NCBI GenBank assembly: GCA_050633305.1
Contig: JBOEGF010000008.1
Span: forward strand, 192,001-256,000
Source: Nannocystales bacterium
GTDB taxonomy: Bacteria > Myxococcota_A > Polyangia > Nannocystales > Nannocystaceae
Length of the DNA stretch: 64,000 nucleotides
Direction of reading: 5' to 3'
The position numbers were made by a program, and so were the translations under genes. The notes beneath the pieces were generated by a model. That model did not search any database. It saw only the letters and a list, made by a program, of their open reading frames with translations, and was not told where the DNA came from. Numbering within the stretch: position 1 is the first letter of the stretch; every line of letters starts with the position of its first letter. This document shows positions 19,811 to 30,380 of this stretch, piece by piece.

Positions 19811-21343
19811 CTACATGCCGCGCACGTCGTCGTGGACAACCAACGTCCACTCGAAAGCGTAGGTCGTTTCGCCGAATCCTCGAACCTCGAGGGTCTTGGC
19901 CACGATGCCGTCGGCGTCTCGCGTCCCCCCTTGCAACGGGCCGACCTCGACCTCGACCTTGTCGATTTCCGAGACCACCACCCGTTCTTGCAACCTGACC
20001 TCGTGGGGCTGAGCGCCCAGGTTGCTGATCGTGACACGGACGGTGCGGGGCTTACGAACCCACGAGCTCAACGGCTTGCGAGTGTGCTCAGCGGGTTCAA
20101 CCTTGCGATGGACCCTGAGGTCCGGGTTGGGACCCCACCCCAGCTCGAAGCTCTCCCCTGGCGCAACGAACAGCGTCGAGGTTCGACCCACGAATCCACC
20201 ATACCGCCGCAGCTCAACCGGGCCAGCGAGCAGCGGATGCGGACCGTGGTGTGTTTGGGTCGTGCGCAGGAGCACCGCCTCGACCTTCTCGGGGCGACAG
20301 ACCAGCTCGGTCCGAGCTTCAGACTCGAACGAGAACAACGGCACATGATGCGGACGGCCGTTGCTCGACACGGTGCGTGGACCCTCAGCCTTGAGCGCGA
20401 CGGGTTCACCGCCATCGTCAACACCGGGCATCTCGTCCCGGACCTCCGCGGCCCCTTCCCCGGTCGTCGAAATGACCTGGTCCCGAGCTTGTACCGAAAC
20501 CGCTTGGGTCTTTGCCTTGAGGGAGAGTGTATCCGTCTCGAGCCGTGGCGCGGTGGACCCCAAGGACGGACGCTCGGTCGAGAATGAGACTTCTGCATCC
20601 GTCCAATCCTCGCCGGTCGCTTGCCAGACACACGCCTGGGCCTCGAACAGAACACCCCCTTCCGGTTGCAGGGTCGCGACGTGAGCCGGGCGCCAGAGTG
20701 CACCGCCGACGGCGTAGCGAAGCGTCAACTCGATGCTCGACGGTCCATCGGCCTCGACTTGGATCTCCAGTTCAAACTGCCCAACGACGGAGCGGGTTTC
20801 GTCGTCGATCGACTCCTGCATGCGAAGCGCCTCGGACAAGGCCCTCTGAGCCCGAATCCGTCGGCGCTCGCTGTCGACGCGAGCATCCACCGCCTCACCA
20901 AGTTTTTCGCGCAGCATCGCGATCGCCGCCAGTCTCTTCGAGACGTCCCGACCCAGCGCGATGTCCTGGGACAACTCGGCCAAGAGAAGCGCCTCGACCT
21001 CCCGGGTCGCCGCAAGGGCCTCGCTGGAGACCTCAAACCGGAACTGAGTATCTTCGACCGCTGAACGACGCTCAGTCTCCACCCCCATCCAGTGCGCAAC
21101 ACGATCGCGCTGCGCCTCCTTGGTCGTCGCAGCGTGTCGAACCACGCGAGCTTGAACGACACGTCCGCCCGCAGAAGCCTGGGCACTGAGCGTCTTGTCG
21201 ACGACCACCGCGGCCACGTCGGGCACGCACAGCGTGTGCAACCCCGCGGGGAGTTCCACCGATCCGCTACGGGTAACCAACGCACGGTCCTCGAGCACGG
21301 TGACCTGTGTGATGGGGAGTTCGATGCTGGTTGCGTCGCTCAT
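19811..21343 (-). CDS. DUF4140/DUF4139 (MuiA-like) protein
   Basis: ITQVTVLEDRALVTR, ALWRP, QATGEDW, ELGWG; ATG 21343 overlaps the upstream stop. Confidence 0.88.
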   Translation of the reverse strand: MSDATSIELPITQVTVLEDRALVTRSGSVELPAGLHTLCVPDVAAVVVDKTLSAQASAGGRVVQARVVRHAATTKEAQRDRVAHWMGVETERRSAVEDTQFRFEVSSEALAATREVEALLLAELSQDIALGRDVSKRLAAIAMLREKLGEAVDARVDSERRRIRAQRALSEALRMQESIDDETRSVVGQFELEIQVEADGPSSIELTLRYAVGGALWRPAHVATLQPEGGVLFEAQACVWQATGEDWTDAEVSFSTERPSLGSTAPRLETDTLSLKAKTQAVSVQARDQVISTTGEGAAEVRDEMPGVDDGGEPVALKAEGPRTVSSNGRPHHVPLFSFESEARTELVCRPEKVEAVLLRTTQTHHGPHPLLAGPVELRRYGGFVGRTSTLFVAPGESFELGWGPNPDLRVHRKVEPAEHTRKPLSSWVRKPRTVRVTISNLGAQPHEVRLQERVVVSEIDKVEVEVGPLQGGTRDADGIVAKTLEVRGFGETTYAFEWTLVVHDDVRGM

Positions 21344-23445
21344 CCGTCCCTCCTGTTTCCGCCGACCAGTTCCGAGCCTCCCGGCACACGCACGGTCCAC
21401 GTCGCTGCAAGGGTCTGCTTTTCACCGGCCGGCACCTGGAGGCACCAACGCCGTCCCCCCTGCAGCGGGTCGTCCTTCGGCTTGTAGTGGTCCCATGGGG
21501 GGTCGACATTGGACTCCTCCACCTCGATGTCTTCCTCGTCGGACGCTGGAACCGGAACGCGTTCGCGGACCTCGATCAAGGCAGATGCGGGCAACAAGTT
21601 CTGCACATCGAGCACGATTCGGTGCGCGTAGGTGTTGTGCTTCTTGATCAAGCCCTCGGAGTCCTCGGAGAAGCTGACGTTGCGCGCAACCTTGATCGCT
21701 TGCTCAACGCCCAGCCCGACCTCAAAGCGGGCCCCGACCCCGACCGCATCCAGCGTCGCGGTCAGCAGGAAGACGTCGCGCTCGTAGACATCGAGCGGAC
21801 CCTCCGGGAGCGGTTGGCTCAGCGTGCTGCGACCGGCCAGGGTTCGAAAGACATCGAGACTGACACCGGGCACGCAAACGTGCGCACGGGAGGTTTGGAC
21901 GGTGGCCTCGAGCACCGACACAACGTGGGTCTGAGCGTCGCTGGGAATGTTCACCGCGGTGCCGCACACGTAGGCGTACGCGTGCCCGGCCTCCGCCTGA
22001 ACCCAGCTGTGCCCCGCGGGTGCCGAGCACGAGAAGCCCCTCGCGCGCTCGGTCGCCGCCGACACGAGCTCAGACAGCCGCGCCTGGTCGGCGCCAACAC
22101 TGGAGAAAACACCAACCCTTTGAAGCCGACCGCGGCCGAGTTCGAAGGGCATCGGGAGCCGCAGTCGCCCATAGTCGAACCAGGAGCGCCCCAGCCCGAC
22201 TTCGGGCTCGTGCACCGCGATGGCCGGTTCCGGAGGCTCGTCCATGAACGCATCGATCTCCGCCAGTTCTTCCCCCCCGCCGGCATCCATCATCGGGGCG
22301 GGTTCCGAACGCGGGGCCGCTTTCTTGGACTTCCGAGCGCGACCGAAGACAGGCGCCGCGGCTGGGGGCGGCATCGGTGCCCCGGAGGCGCCCGGCGCCA
22401 TCGCCATGCTCTGTTGTGGCGCCGGCGGGGACGCAGGCCGAGCCCGACGTGCGGGTGCGGGTTTCTTGGGGGTCGGTGCCGCGCTCCCGGCGAGCATCCT
22501 CGCGCCGAACGACGCGGGCAGCTCCAGCCCATCCATCTGCCGGTCGTGGTCGGCGTACAACGCTTCCGGGTCGGGCGGCGGCTCACGCCATCCTGCGCGC
22601 GCCACGGGAGGCTGCGATCGGCCAACACGCAGCGCATCCAGCCGCGGGAGATCGTGCCACGCCTGCCACGACGCGGTTGACACCGTGAGCGCGGCGCCCG
22701 ACCAGTCTTCACCGGTTTGCTGGGCGACCACGGCCCGTAGCTCCAGCGTTGCGCGCGTATCGTTCCCCAACCGGAGCGTATAGGAGGGCGCCCAACGAGC
22801 CCCAGGGACCCGGTAGCTCAGCTCGATCGGAACCTCATCGGTCGCCTCTCCTGGACTCACGCGCAATGTGACCCGCTTGCGAGGCTCGAAGCTCCGAAGA
22901 TCGCGATCGGACGACGACACCTGTTGCCGGTCCATCAACGCACGAAGGCTCTCCTCTGCCTGGTCGAGGGCGACCCGTTGCTCGGCGAGGGTTGTTTGCA
23001 TCTCAACCAAGGTTTGCCCACGCAACGCCAACCAAGCGAGACGACCTTGCGTCGGGTCGTGGGTTGGACGCTGGTCCTTGTGCTCGCCGACCCGCGGTCG
23101 CAACTCAACGGCCCGCAGCGCTTCGATGGACGCCGAGGTTTCCTGCAGCCGGCCTCGTGCTCGGTCGCGGGCAGCCGTGGCTTCGGACAACTCCACCTCG
23201 TCGCTGGGCTGGGCGGTCTCGTCCTGGATCGGGGCGTGGACGTCGACCTGGACGTCGGACACGGACCACCCAGCCGCTGCTGCGGCAGTACCAAGTTCGA
23301 CCCGAACCGACTCGTCGTCGAGGCACAGCGGCAGGCCATCGAGAATCACCTCTCCCGCACGAGGCTGCGCATGGGCGACCCGCGTGACCACAGCCCCCCG
23401 CTGGAACACGATCACCGCCGATACTGAGGACGCCAGAGCGGACAT
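21340..23445 (-). CDS. DUF4140/DUF4139 protein
   Basis: VIVFQRGAVVTR, ARWAPSY, QQTGEDW, VRERVPV, LVGGNRR. Confidence 0.88.
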   Translation of the reverse strand: MSALASSVSAVIVFQRGAVVTRVAHAQPRAGEVILDGLPLCLDDESVRVELGTAAAAAGWSVSDVQVDVHAPIQDETAQPSDEVELSEATAARDRARGRLQETSASIEALRAVELRPRVGEHKDQRPTHDPTQGRLAWLALRGQTLVEMQTTLAEQRVALDQAEESLRALMDRQQVSSSDRDLRSFEPRKRVTLRVSPGEATDEVPIELSYRVPGARWAPSYTLRLGNDTRATLELRAVVAQQTGEDWSGAALTVSTASWQAWHDLPRLDALRVGRSQPPVARAGWREPPPDPEALYADHDRQMDGLELPASFGARMLAGSAAPTPKKPAPARRARPASPPAPQQSMAMAPGASGAPMPPPAAAPVFGRARKSKKAAPRSEPAPMMDAGGGEELAEIDAFMDEPPEPAIAVHEPEVGLGRSWFDYGRLRLPMPFELGRGRLQRVGVFSSVGADQARLSELVSAATERARGFSCSAPAGHSWVQAEAGHAYAYVCGTAVNIPSDAQTHVVSVLEATVQTSRAHVCVPGVSLDVFRTLAGRSTLSQPLPEGPLDVYERDVFLLTATLDAVGVGARFEVGLGVEQAIKVARNVSFSEDSEGLIKKHNTYAHRIVLDVQNLLPASALIEVRERVPVPASDEEDIEVEESNVDPPWDHYKPKDDPLQGGRRWCLQVPAGEKQTLAATWTVRVPGGSELVGGNRRDG

Positions 23446-23568
23446 GCCTGGCAGTGTGGCACCGATGGCACGTAGCGCACGACATGGATGTCAGACCGCG
23501 ACCCCGAGGCCGGATGCAAATGCCTTCTTTCGGAAAACAAACACAGGAATGATCGAATGCCGCGTGGC

Positions 23569-23584
23569 TGGCACTCCCCATGCA
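23569..23584 (+). promoter_or_regulatory. Putative sigma-54 (-24/-12) promoter for the vWA lipoprotein
   Basis: TGGCACTCCCCATGCA has exact GG-N10-GC spacing. It is 65 nt before the ATG and preceded by an A/T-rich tract. Confidence 0.6.
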
Positions 23585-23649
23585 CAGGCTTCATGACGAC
23601 GGCCGCCCCTGGCCGAGCGACCGACCGAACCCCGCTGGAAGAACGACCG

Positions 23650-25257
23650 ATGCGCACAACCACGTTGGCTTACCCAATCGCACTTCTCACGACTCTCGTA
23701 CTGCTGGGCCCGGGTTGCTACGCACCCGGCGATGAGGCGTCCGGAGCCCAGGCCAACAACACGAGCGCAGGCGGGGTCGATACCGGCCCGAGTGGGGGCA
23801 CAGGGGGGTCGAACGACAGCGGCGCGAGTTCGGACACCGCGGCCACCGGATCTCCGGGCGGCACCGGAGGATCCGACGAGCCGGACCCCGAACCGGACCC
23901 CGAAGACTCGGGTGAAGAGGGCAGCAGCTCCAGCGGAACCTCGACCGGGGAGCCCGCGTGCGACGACCAGACCGCGGTCGAGCTGTACCTCTCGCCCGAT
24001 GACTCCAACTCCATGTCCTCCCCGGTTCAGGTCCGTTCGAAGGTCCTCAGCCCCGGAAGCAGCATCGCCGGGGCTCCGATCCGAGTGTGGGAGTTCCTCA
24101 ACTACTACACGTTCGACTATCCCGCGGCCGAACCGGGGACACTCGCGCTGCACACCTCGTTGCTGCGCGAAGACGACGCGCCCGAAGGGGAGTTCAAGCT
24201 CCAGATCGCCGTCACCAGTCCTGCGCTCGACAACACCGACCGCGCCAAGATGAACCTGACGCTCGTGCTCGACGAGTCGGGCTCCATGTCGGGCGCGCCG
24301 ATGTCTCTGCAACAGGAGACCTGCCGGGTCATCGCCAGCAGCCTTCGCGACGGGGACATCGTGTCGGTCGTGGGCTGGGATACCTCCAACGCGGTCAAGC
24401 TGGCCGGGCATGAAGCCTCGGGGCCCGACGACCCTGTGCTCCTCGACACCTGCAACGGCCTCACGGCGGGCGGCGGCACCGACCTCCACGGCGGCCTGGT
24501 CGCGGGCTACGACCTCGCGGAGCAGTTCTACGACAACACCCGCATCAACCGTATCGTCTTGATGAGCGACGGTGGAGCCAACGCCGGGATCACCGATGAA
24601 GAGCTGATCGCACAACACGCGGGCTCGCACGACCAAGACGGGATCTACATGGTCGGCGTCGGCGTTGGGGAGGGCAACTACAACGACCTGTTGATGGACC
24701 ATGTCACCGACATCGGCAAAGGTGCCTCCGTGTTCATCGATAGTCTCGACGAGGCGCAGAAGGTCTTTGGAGACCGATTCGTCAGCACGATGGCCGTGGC
24801 CGCTCGCGACGTCCAGGTCCAACTCGACATGCCACCAGGCTTCGAAATCGTGAAGTTCAGCGGCGAGGAGTTCAGCGCGATTCCCGAGGAGATCGAGCCC
24901 CAGCACATCGCCCCCAACGACGCGATGGTCTTCCACCAGAGCATCGCGACGTGTGCCCCCGAGCTCGCAGGCGAAGATGCCGAGATCACGGTGACCGCTC
25001 GCTTCCTCAACGCGGTCACGTTCGAAGCTCAAGAGGTCACTCGCACCGTCACCGTCGGGGAGCTGCTCGGGCAATCGGACCCACAACTTCTCAAGGGCGC
25101 CGCGATCTTCGCGTATGCCGAGGGCCTGAAGCTCGTGCGCGATGAGGGCGACAACACCGGCATCGCGGCGGCGTTGACAGCCCTGGAGCGCGCCGAGGAC
25201 GTCCTGCCCGGCGATGCCGACCTCGCGGAGATGCGCAGCGTCCTCGAGGCCATGTAA
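23650..25257 (+). CDS. vWA-domain lipoprotein (YfbK-like)
   Basis: GPGC lipobox; EFLNYY; MIDAS DESGSM, GGT, SDGGAN. Confidence 0.88.
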   Translation: MRTTTLAYPIALLTTLVLLGPGCYAPGDEASGAQANNTSAGGVDTGPSGGTGGSNDSGASSDTAATGSPGGTGGSDEPDPEPDPEDSGEEGSSSSGTSTGEPACDDQTAVELYLSPDDSNSMSSPVQVRSKVLSPGSSIAGAPIRVWEFLNYYTFDYPAAEPGTLALHTSLLREDDAPEGEFKLQIAVTSPALDNTDRAKMNLTLVLDESGSMSGAPMSLQQETCRVIASSLRDGDIVSVVGWDTSNAVKLAGHEASGPDDPVLLDTCNGLTAGGGTDLHGGLVAGYDLAEQFYDNTRINRIVLMSDGGANAGITDEELIAQHAGSHDQDGIYMVGVGVGEGNYNDLLMDHVTDIGKGASVFIDSLDEAQKVFGDRFVSTMAVAARDVQVQLDMPPGFEIVKFSGEEFSAIPEEIEPQHIAPNDAMVFHQSIATCAPELAGEDAEITVTARFLNAVTFEAQEVTRTVTVGELLGQSDPQLLKGAAIFAYAEGLKLVRDEGDNTGIAAALTALERAEDVLPGDADLAEMRSVLEAM

Positions 25258-25265
25258 GGAGCCCA

Positions 25266-25295
25266 ACGAGTGTCGCCGGGCCTGGCGACACTCGT
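25266..25295. terminator. Stem-loop after the vWA gene
   Basis: acgagtgtcgcc-gggcct-ggcgacactcgt, a perfect 12-bp stem between convergent genes. Confidence 0.65.
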
Positions 25296-25326
25296 CCACC
25301 TCTCACGGCCTCGGCGTGGGCTCGAA

Positions 25327-25352
25327 AAGAGAGCTCCGGCCGGGGCTCTCTT
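25327..25352. terminator. Second stem-loop, probably terminating the minus-strand operon
   Basis: aagagagctccg-gc-cggggctctctt, with an adjacent A-run that reads as U on the minus strand. Confidence 0.55.
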
Positions 25353-25356
25353 CGGG

Positions 25357-26067
25357 CTAGGGGAGGACGGTTGAGATCGAAAACTGGAACCGCCAACCGT
25401 CGGCGCCGGCGATGTTTCCGTCCCCACGGACCGAGAGTGCATCTCCAGACTCCTCGGGCCAGCTGTCGACTTGGAGGGTCCCGTCCGCCGACTGGTTGCT
25501 GGTATCGAAGGCTGTCGTGCCAGCGCCTTCCTGCAGGCCGTACGACAATGCGTTGGGAGCGCTGATGCCACTGCCGGGTTCGCCAAAGTCCGAGCCGAGG
25601 TCGTAGGTCCCCGAGTCTTCGACCTGAACCCGCAGCGTGCTCGCCCAGTCCTCCCCATCCATCATGGCACCGAACTGCAGCCGCAGGACCCAACTCGTGG
25701 CCGTGGGGAACATGCAGATCGTGCCCAACGGCGTTGTGGGGATGTCGTCTCCGGCGACTTGAAACACCGGCAGGTCCGCTTCGAACTCGGTGATCAAGAC
25801 ACCCCCTCCCCCTTCACAGTCGAACGGGTCGCCGGGACCGTCGGTGTCGGAGTCCGACTCGCCCACGGTCGCAGAGACCTCGCCTCCGCTCGACGCAGAC
25901 GTCGACGCCGCGGCCCCGGTTGAAGCGGCCCCGGTTGAAAGACCGGTCATCTCAGCGGTCGCGCCACTGCTGGTGTTGCTCTCGGGGGCGGGGTCTTCAT
26001 CACACCCGGTCAACGGAAGAATCACGACGCCGCACAGGATCATCGTCGGTCCAACTCGATACGTCAT
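25357..26067 (-). CDS. Hypothetical lipoprotein
   Basis: LTGC lipobox, Ser/Thr linker, beta-rich C-terminal domain; ATG 26067 lies 13 nt after the czcA stop. Confidence 0.65.
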   Translation of the reverse strand: MTYRVGPTMILCGVVILPLTGCDEDPAPESNTSSGATAEMTGLSTGAASTGAAASTSASSGGEVSATVGESDSDTDGPGDPFDCEGGGGVLITEFEADLPVFQVAGDDIPTTPLGTICMFPTATSWVLRLQFGAMMDGEDWASTLRVQVEDSGTYDLGSDFGEPGSGISAPNALSYGLQEGAGTTAFDTSNQSADGTLQVDSWPEESGDALSVRGDGNIAGADGWRFQFSISTVLP

Positions 26068-26080
26068 GGACTCGGACTTA

Positions 26081-29000
26081 TCACGGGCTGTCATCGGCCC
26101 CGGGTGTGCAAGAGCGGTTTTCTCCAAGCCAAGCGTAGACCGCCGGCAAGACAAGAAGTGTGAGAGCGGTCGAAGTGACCAATCCACCAATGACCACCGT
26201 GGCCAACGGCCGCTGGACCTCCCCACCCGCCGTGGAGGCGATGGCCATCGGAACGAACCCAAACACGTCGGTGAGCGCGGTCATCAACACGGGCCGAAGC
26301 CGCTCCAGAGCCCCCGCGCGGCAGGCCTCCTCCAGCGGCGTGCCCGAGTCCTGTAGCCCGCGGATGTGTGACACCAAGACGACACCGTTGAGTACAGCGA
26401 TCCCGAACAATGCGATGAACCCCACGCCAGCGGAGATCGACAGCGGCATGCCGCGAACGTAGAGCGCGAACAATCCGCCCGTGGCCGCAAGAGGGATGTT
26501 GAGATAGATCAGAAGCGCCGGCCGACCCGCCCCGTAGTTGACCTGCAGAAGCAGGAAGATCAACAGCATCACCACTGGGACCACCACCGAGAGTTGCTCG
26601 GTTGCAGCGCGGAGGTTCTCAAACTGGCCCCCCCATTCCAGAACATACCCCGTTGGGAGCGGTACCTTTTCGTCCACAACACGTTGCGCCTCTGCGACGA
26701 AGCCGGCGAGGTCTCGACCCCGTACGTTGGCCTGAACTACCAGTCGGCGCTGGACATTCTCTCGCTCGATTCGAGCGGGGCCATCCTCGGTGACCAACTG
26801 TGCGAGTTCCCCCAACGGAACGAGTGCCCCCGATTCGGTCGAGATCGGGATCCGCCGGATCGTGTCCAAGCCGGATCGGGACTCTTCGGGGAAACGAACC
26901 TGAAGGGCGAACCGCCGCTGCCCACGAAAGACCTCACCGACGCGCAGCCCCCCCATCGCCGAAACCGCGTCGAGAACGTCGGAGGCATTGGCCCCGTGCC
27001 GCGCCAACGCCTCCCGGTCGACCCGAATCGTCAGAAACGGAAGCCCGGTCGACCGCTCCGCCGCGACATCGGCGGCGCCGGGAACGCCGGAGATCGCCTC
27101 AGCGACCGCTTCTCCTAGCGAGGCAAGTTTGGTCAGGTCCTCTCCGTAGAGAACCAAAGCCACGTCCGAACGCACCCCGCTGATCAGCTCATTCGTCCGC
27201 AGCTCGATCGGCTGCGAGAACGTGAACCGCATGCTGGGGAACTCCGAGTCGACCATCGCCGATATCGATTCGACCAGGGTCGCCTTGTCGGGCGCCTCCC
27301 ACCCCTCGCTCGGCCGGAGCAGCAGGTAGGTGTCGGAGGTCTCAGCGCCCATGGGGTCGGTTGCGATCTCGGCCCGCCCGGTCCGTGTGACAACGGAGTC
27401 AATCTCCTCCGGAAACCGCTCGAGCAGCTCCCGTTCCAGCCTCGAGGCGATCGCCGAAGACTCCTCGAGCGACACCGAGGGAAGCCGCCTCGATTGCATC
27501 GCGATCGAGCCCTCGTCCAGCTTTGGGATGAACTCGGCACCGAGTTGCGGAACGATCGAGAGGGAGCCCACGAAGGTCGCGACCGCGACTCCTGCGGTGA
27601 TCTTGGGGTGACGCAGGGTTCGTAACAACACCGGCGCATACAACCGGGTGGCCGCACGAACCATCCACGTCTCCCGCTTCGATCCTGAGCCGCGCAGCAC
27701 CACGCTCGCAGCCGCAGGGACGAAGGTCACGGACAGCACCAACGAGGCCGCCAGCGCGAAGATCACCGTGAACGCCATCGGACGGAACATGCGGCCTTCG
27801 ACCCCCTCGAGGCTCAGGACCGGCAGGTAGACGATGATGATGATCCCCACCGCGAACGTCACGGGGCGAGCGACCTCCAGGACCGCGCGCCGAACAGAGG
27901 TCCGGGTGGCCTCGGTCCGCTGCTGGTCGATGACACGGACGCAGTTGTCCACCACGACCACCGCCCCGTCGACGATGAGCCCGAAGTCGAGCGCGCCAAG
28001 GCTCATCAGGTTGCCCGCCACCCCCGTCGCGCGCATGCCGATGAATGTCGCGAGCATCGCAAGCGGAATGACGCTGGCCACGATCAGGCCCCCGCGCACA
28101 TTCCCGAGCAGCAGCAGAAGCACGACCACAACCAACACACCTCCCTCGACCAAGTTTGTCGCAACCGTCGAGATCGTCCGGTCGACCAGCTCGGTCCGAT
28201 CGTAGAACGTCTCGAGCGTGACCCCTGGAGGCATGCTCGACTGGATCTCGTCCATCTTGGCCCCGACGGCGCGGGAGACCTCTCCGGGGTTTTCGCCGAT
28301 GAGCATCATCACCGTCCCGGTGACGACCTCACCACGGCCATCCCGGGTCACCGCGCCCTGCCGCACCATAGGGGCGACGCGGACCGTTGCCACATCGCGA
28401 ACGAGAACCGGGGGTCCCCGCTGCGGAGTCGCAACGAGGACCGACTCGATATCGGAGAGGTTCTCGAGCAAGCCGACGCCGCGAATGATCCGCTGCTCTC
28501 CTGCGTGCTCAATGTACGCGCCACCTGCGTTGGTGTTGTTGTCGTCAAGCGCGGCAAGCACCGTGTCCAGCCCAACGCCGTGCGCCTGCAGGAGGTCGGG
28601 GTTCACCTGCACCTCGTAGGTTTCGAGCTCGCCCCCGAAGGGGTTCACCTCGACGACCCCGGGAACGGAGCGCAGATGATGTGCAACCTGCCACTCCAAG
28701 ACCGTCCGCAGCTCCATCGCAGACCAACAGACACCACTGTCGTCTGTCTCGGGAGCACACATCGGGTCGCCGCGAACCTCAAACAGGACGATCTCTCCCA
28801 GGCCACTCGACATGGGACCCATGGCCGGCTCGCCATAGCCCTCCGGGACTGCCTCGCGCGCGGCCGCCATGCGTTCCTCGACCTGCTGCCTGGCTTCGAG
28901 GACGTCTGTGCCCTCCTCGAACGCGATGGTGACGACGGAGATACCGAACCTCGACAGGCTCCGAAGCTGCTCCACCCCAGGCAACCCACTCATGACGTTC

Positions 29001-29239
29001 TCCACCGGGTACGTGACGAAGCGCTCGATCTCCAACGGACTCAGAGCAGGCGCGCTCGTCATGACCTGAACCTGGACGTTGGTCACGTCCGGCACCGCGT
29101 CGATCGGGAGCGCCTTCATCGCGCGTACTCCCACCACACCGACCAAGAGGACGAGGAAGATCACCACCCACCGGTTCTGCAGCGACATGTCTACGACCGT
29201 GGCGAGTAGCCCGGAGCGCGGTGTGGTTCTAATGCCCAT
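26081..29239 (-). CDS. czcA: Heavy-metal RND efflux permease, CzcA/CusA family (CzcA type)
   Basis: IDAVPDVTNVQVQV, GALDFGLIVDGAVVVVDN, RLRPVLMTA, GGEVQRPLATVVIGG. Confidence 0.93.
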   Translation of the reverse strand: MGIRTTPRSGLLATVVDMSLQNRWVVIFLVLLVGVVGVRAMKALPIDAVPDVTNVQVQVMTSAPALSPLEIERFVTYPVENVMSGLPGVEQLRSLSRFGISVVTIAFEEGTDVLEARQQVEERMAAAREAVPEGYGEPAMGPMSSGLGEIVLFEVRGDPMCAPETDDSGVCWSAMELRTVLEWQVAHHLRSVPGVVEVNPFGGELETYEVQVNPDLLQAHGVGLDTVLAALDDNNTNAGGAYIEHAGEQRIIRGVGLLENLSDIESVLVATPQRGPPVLVRDVATVRVAPMVRQGAVTRDGRGEVVTGTVMMLIGENPGEVSRAVGAKMDEIQSSMPPGVTLETFYDRTELVDRTISTVATNLVEGGVLVVVVLLLLLGNVRGGLIVASVIPLAMLATFIGMRATGVAGNLMSLGALDFGLIVDGAVVVVDNCVRVIDQQRTEATRTSVRRAVLEVARPVTFAVGIIIIVYLPVLSLEGVEGRMFRPMAFTVIFALAASLVLSVTFVPAAASVVLRGSGSKRETWMVRAATRLYAPVLLRTLRHPKITAGVAVATFVGSLSIVPQLGAEFIPKLDEGSIAMQSRRLPSVSLEESSAIASRLERELLERFPEEIDSVVTRTGRAEIATDPMGAETSDTYLLLRPSEGWEAPDKATLVESISAMVDSEFPSMRFTFSQPIELRTNELISGVRSDVALVLYGEDLTKLASLGEAVAEAISGVPGAADVAAERSTGLPFLTIRVDREALARHGANASDVLDAVSAMGGLRVGEVFRGQRRFALQVRFPEESRSGLDTIRRIPISTESGALVPLGELAQLVTEDGPARIERENVQRRLVVQANVRGRDLAGFVAEAQRVVDEKVPLPTGYVLEWGGQFENLRAATEQLSVVVPVVMLLIFLLLQVNYGAGRPALLIYLNIPLAATGGLFALYVRGMPLSISAGVGFIALFGIAVLNGVVLVSHIRGLQDSGTPLEEACRAGALERLRPVLMTALTDVFGFVPMAIASTAGGEVQRPLATVVIGGLVTSTALTLLVLPAVYAWLGENRSCTPGADDSP

Positions 29240-30380
29240 GACCCGCTCCGATCGACCGCTTGAGCAGGACTGACTTGAGCAAGAAGATCCCGCTCGTCAC
29301 GACCTCTTCCTCCTCGGAAAGGCCCGCCCGCACCTCGACGACCCCATCGACGGCCGAACCCGTCACAACGTCACGTGCGACGAATTCTCCGGAAGCCTCG
29401 CCTCGTACAAACACCACCGACCGGTCACCCACGGTGGACACAGCGACGCTCGGAACGGTGAGAACTTCCCGCGCTTCGACCCCCTGGGGGTCCTCCTGCA
29501 ACGCCATTGTGCCGAACATGCCCGGCCGCAGTTCGAGCGCTGGGTTCTTCAGGACCATCCGCACCGCCAAGGTTCGCGTCTCAGGGTCCAGCGTGGGCGC
29601 GATGTAGTCCACGACGCCGCTCCAAGCTTTCTCCGGATGGGCGATGAATGTCGCCTCGCCGCGCATGCCCACGGACACATCCCCAATTTGCTGCTCGTAG
29701 ACGCGCCCGACGACCCAAACGGATTCGAGGTTCGCGACCACAAACGGGTCCGACGTCTCGTCGACGTACTCTCCTAGACCCGCGTGCCGTTCAACGATGG
29801 TTCCGTCGATCGTGCTGGTCAGTGCAAGCGCCACACCCGAGCCGCGGCTCCGATCGTACACGCTGAGCGCAGAGCGGATCGCGGCGACCTCGGCTCCGGC
29901 CTGCTCGGCCCGGGACCGAGCCTCGGTCTTGGTCTTGAGGGCCGAGATTCCCGCCCCGACCAATGCCTCAGCCCGCGCAAGACCTGCATCGGCCGCCCTC
30001 TTCCGTGCTTGCGCAGCCCTCAGCGCGCCACGACGACGCCCGAGGTCCGCGCTATCGACGGTGGCCAGCACGTCGCCACGTTTCACCCGCTGACCCAGCG
30101 TGACCCTCGGATCTCGGAGCCGCCCAGGGAGCAGTGGCGATACGTGGGCTACCTGGTCCGAGTTGATCTGGACGTCAGCTGGAACCCTCAGCGAGCCAAG
30201 CAGCACCCGACGGACCGCCCGCTCGGTTCGAACCCCGTTGCGTTCGAGCACGTGCGGGGCAATGTGCACTCGGCTCGACCGCGCCTCGTCGCGATGCTCG
30301 TCATGCGTCTCCTCGAGTCCCGGCGCGCCGCCACACGCGAACGAGAAAACGCCCCATACAAGCAAACGTCGGGAACTCAT
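29229..30380 (-). CDS. czcB: RND periplasmic adaptor (CzcB-like)
   Basis: LGQRVKRGDVL, TRTLAVR, LRPGMF; His-containing N-terminus; overlaps both neighbours. Confidence 0.88.
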   Translation of the reverse strand: MSSRRLLVWGVFSFACGGAPGLEETHDEHRDEARSSRVHIAPHVLERNGVRTERAVRRVLLGSLRVPADVQINSDQVAHVSPLLPGRLRDPRVTLGQRVKRGDVLATVDSADLGRRRGALRAAQARKRAADAGLARAEALVGAGISALKTKTEARSRAEQAGAEVAAIRSALSVYDRSRGSGVALALTSTIDGTIVERHAGLGEYVDETSDPFVVANLESVWVVGRVYEQQIGDVSVGMRGEATFIAHPEKAWSGVVDYIAPTLDPETRTLAVRMVLKNPALELRPGMFGTMALQEDPQGVEAREVLTVPSVAVSTVGDRSVVFVRGEASGEFVARDVVTGSAVDGVVEVRAGLSEEEEVVTSGIFLLKSVLLKRSIGAGHGH

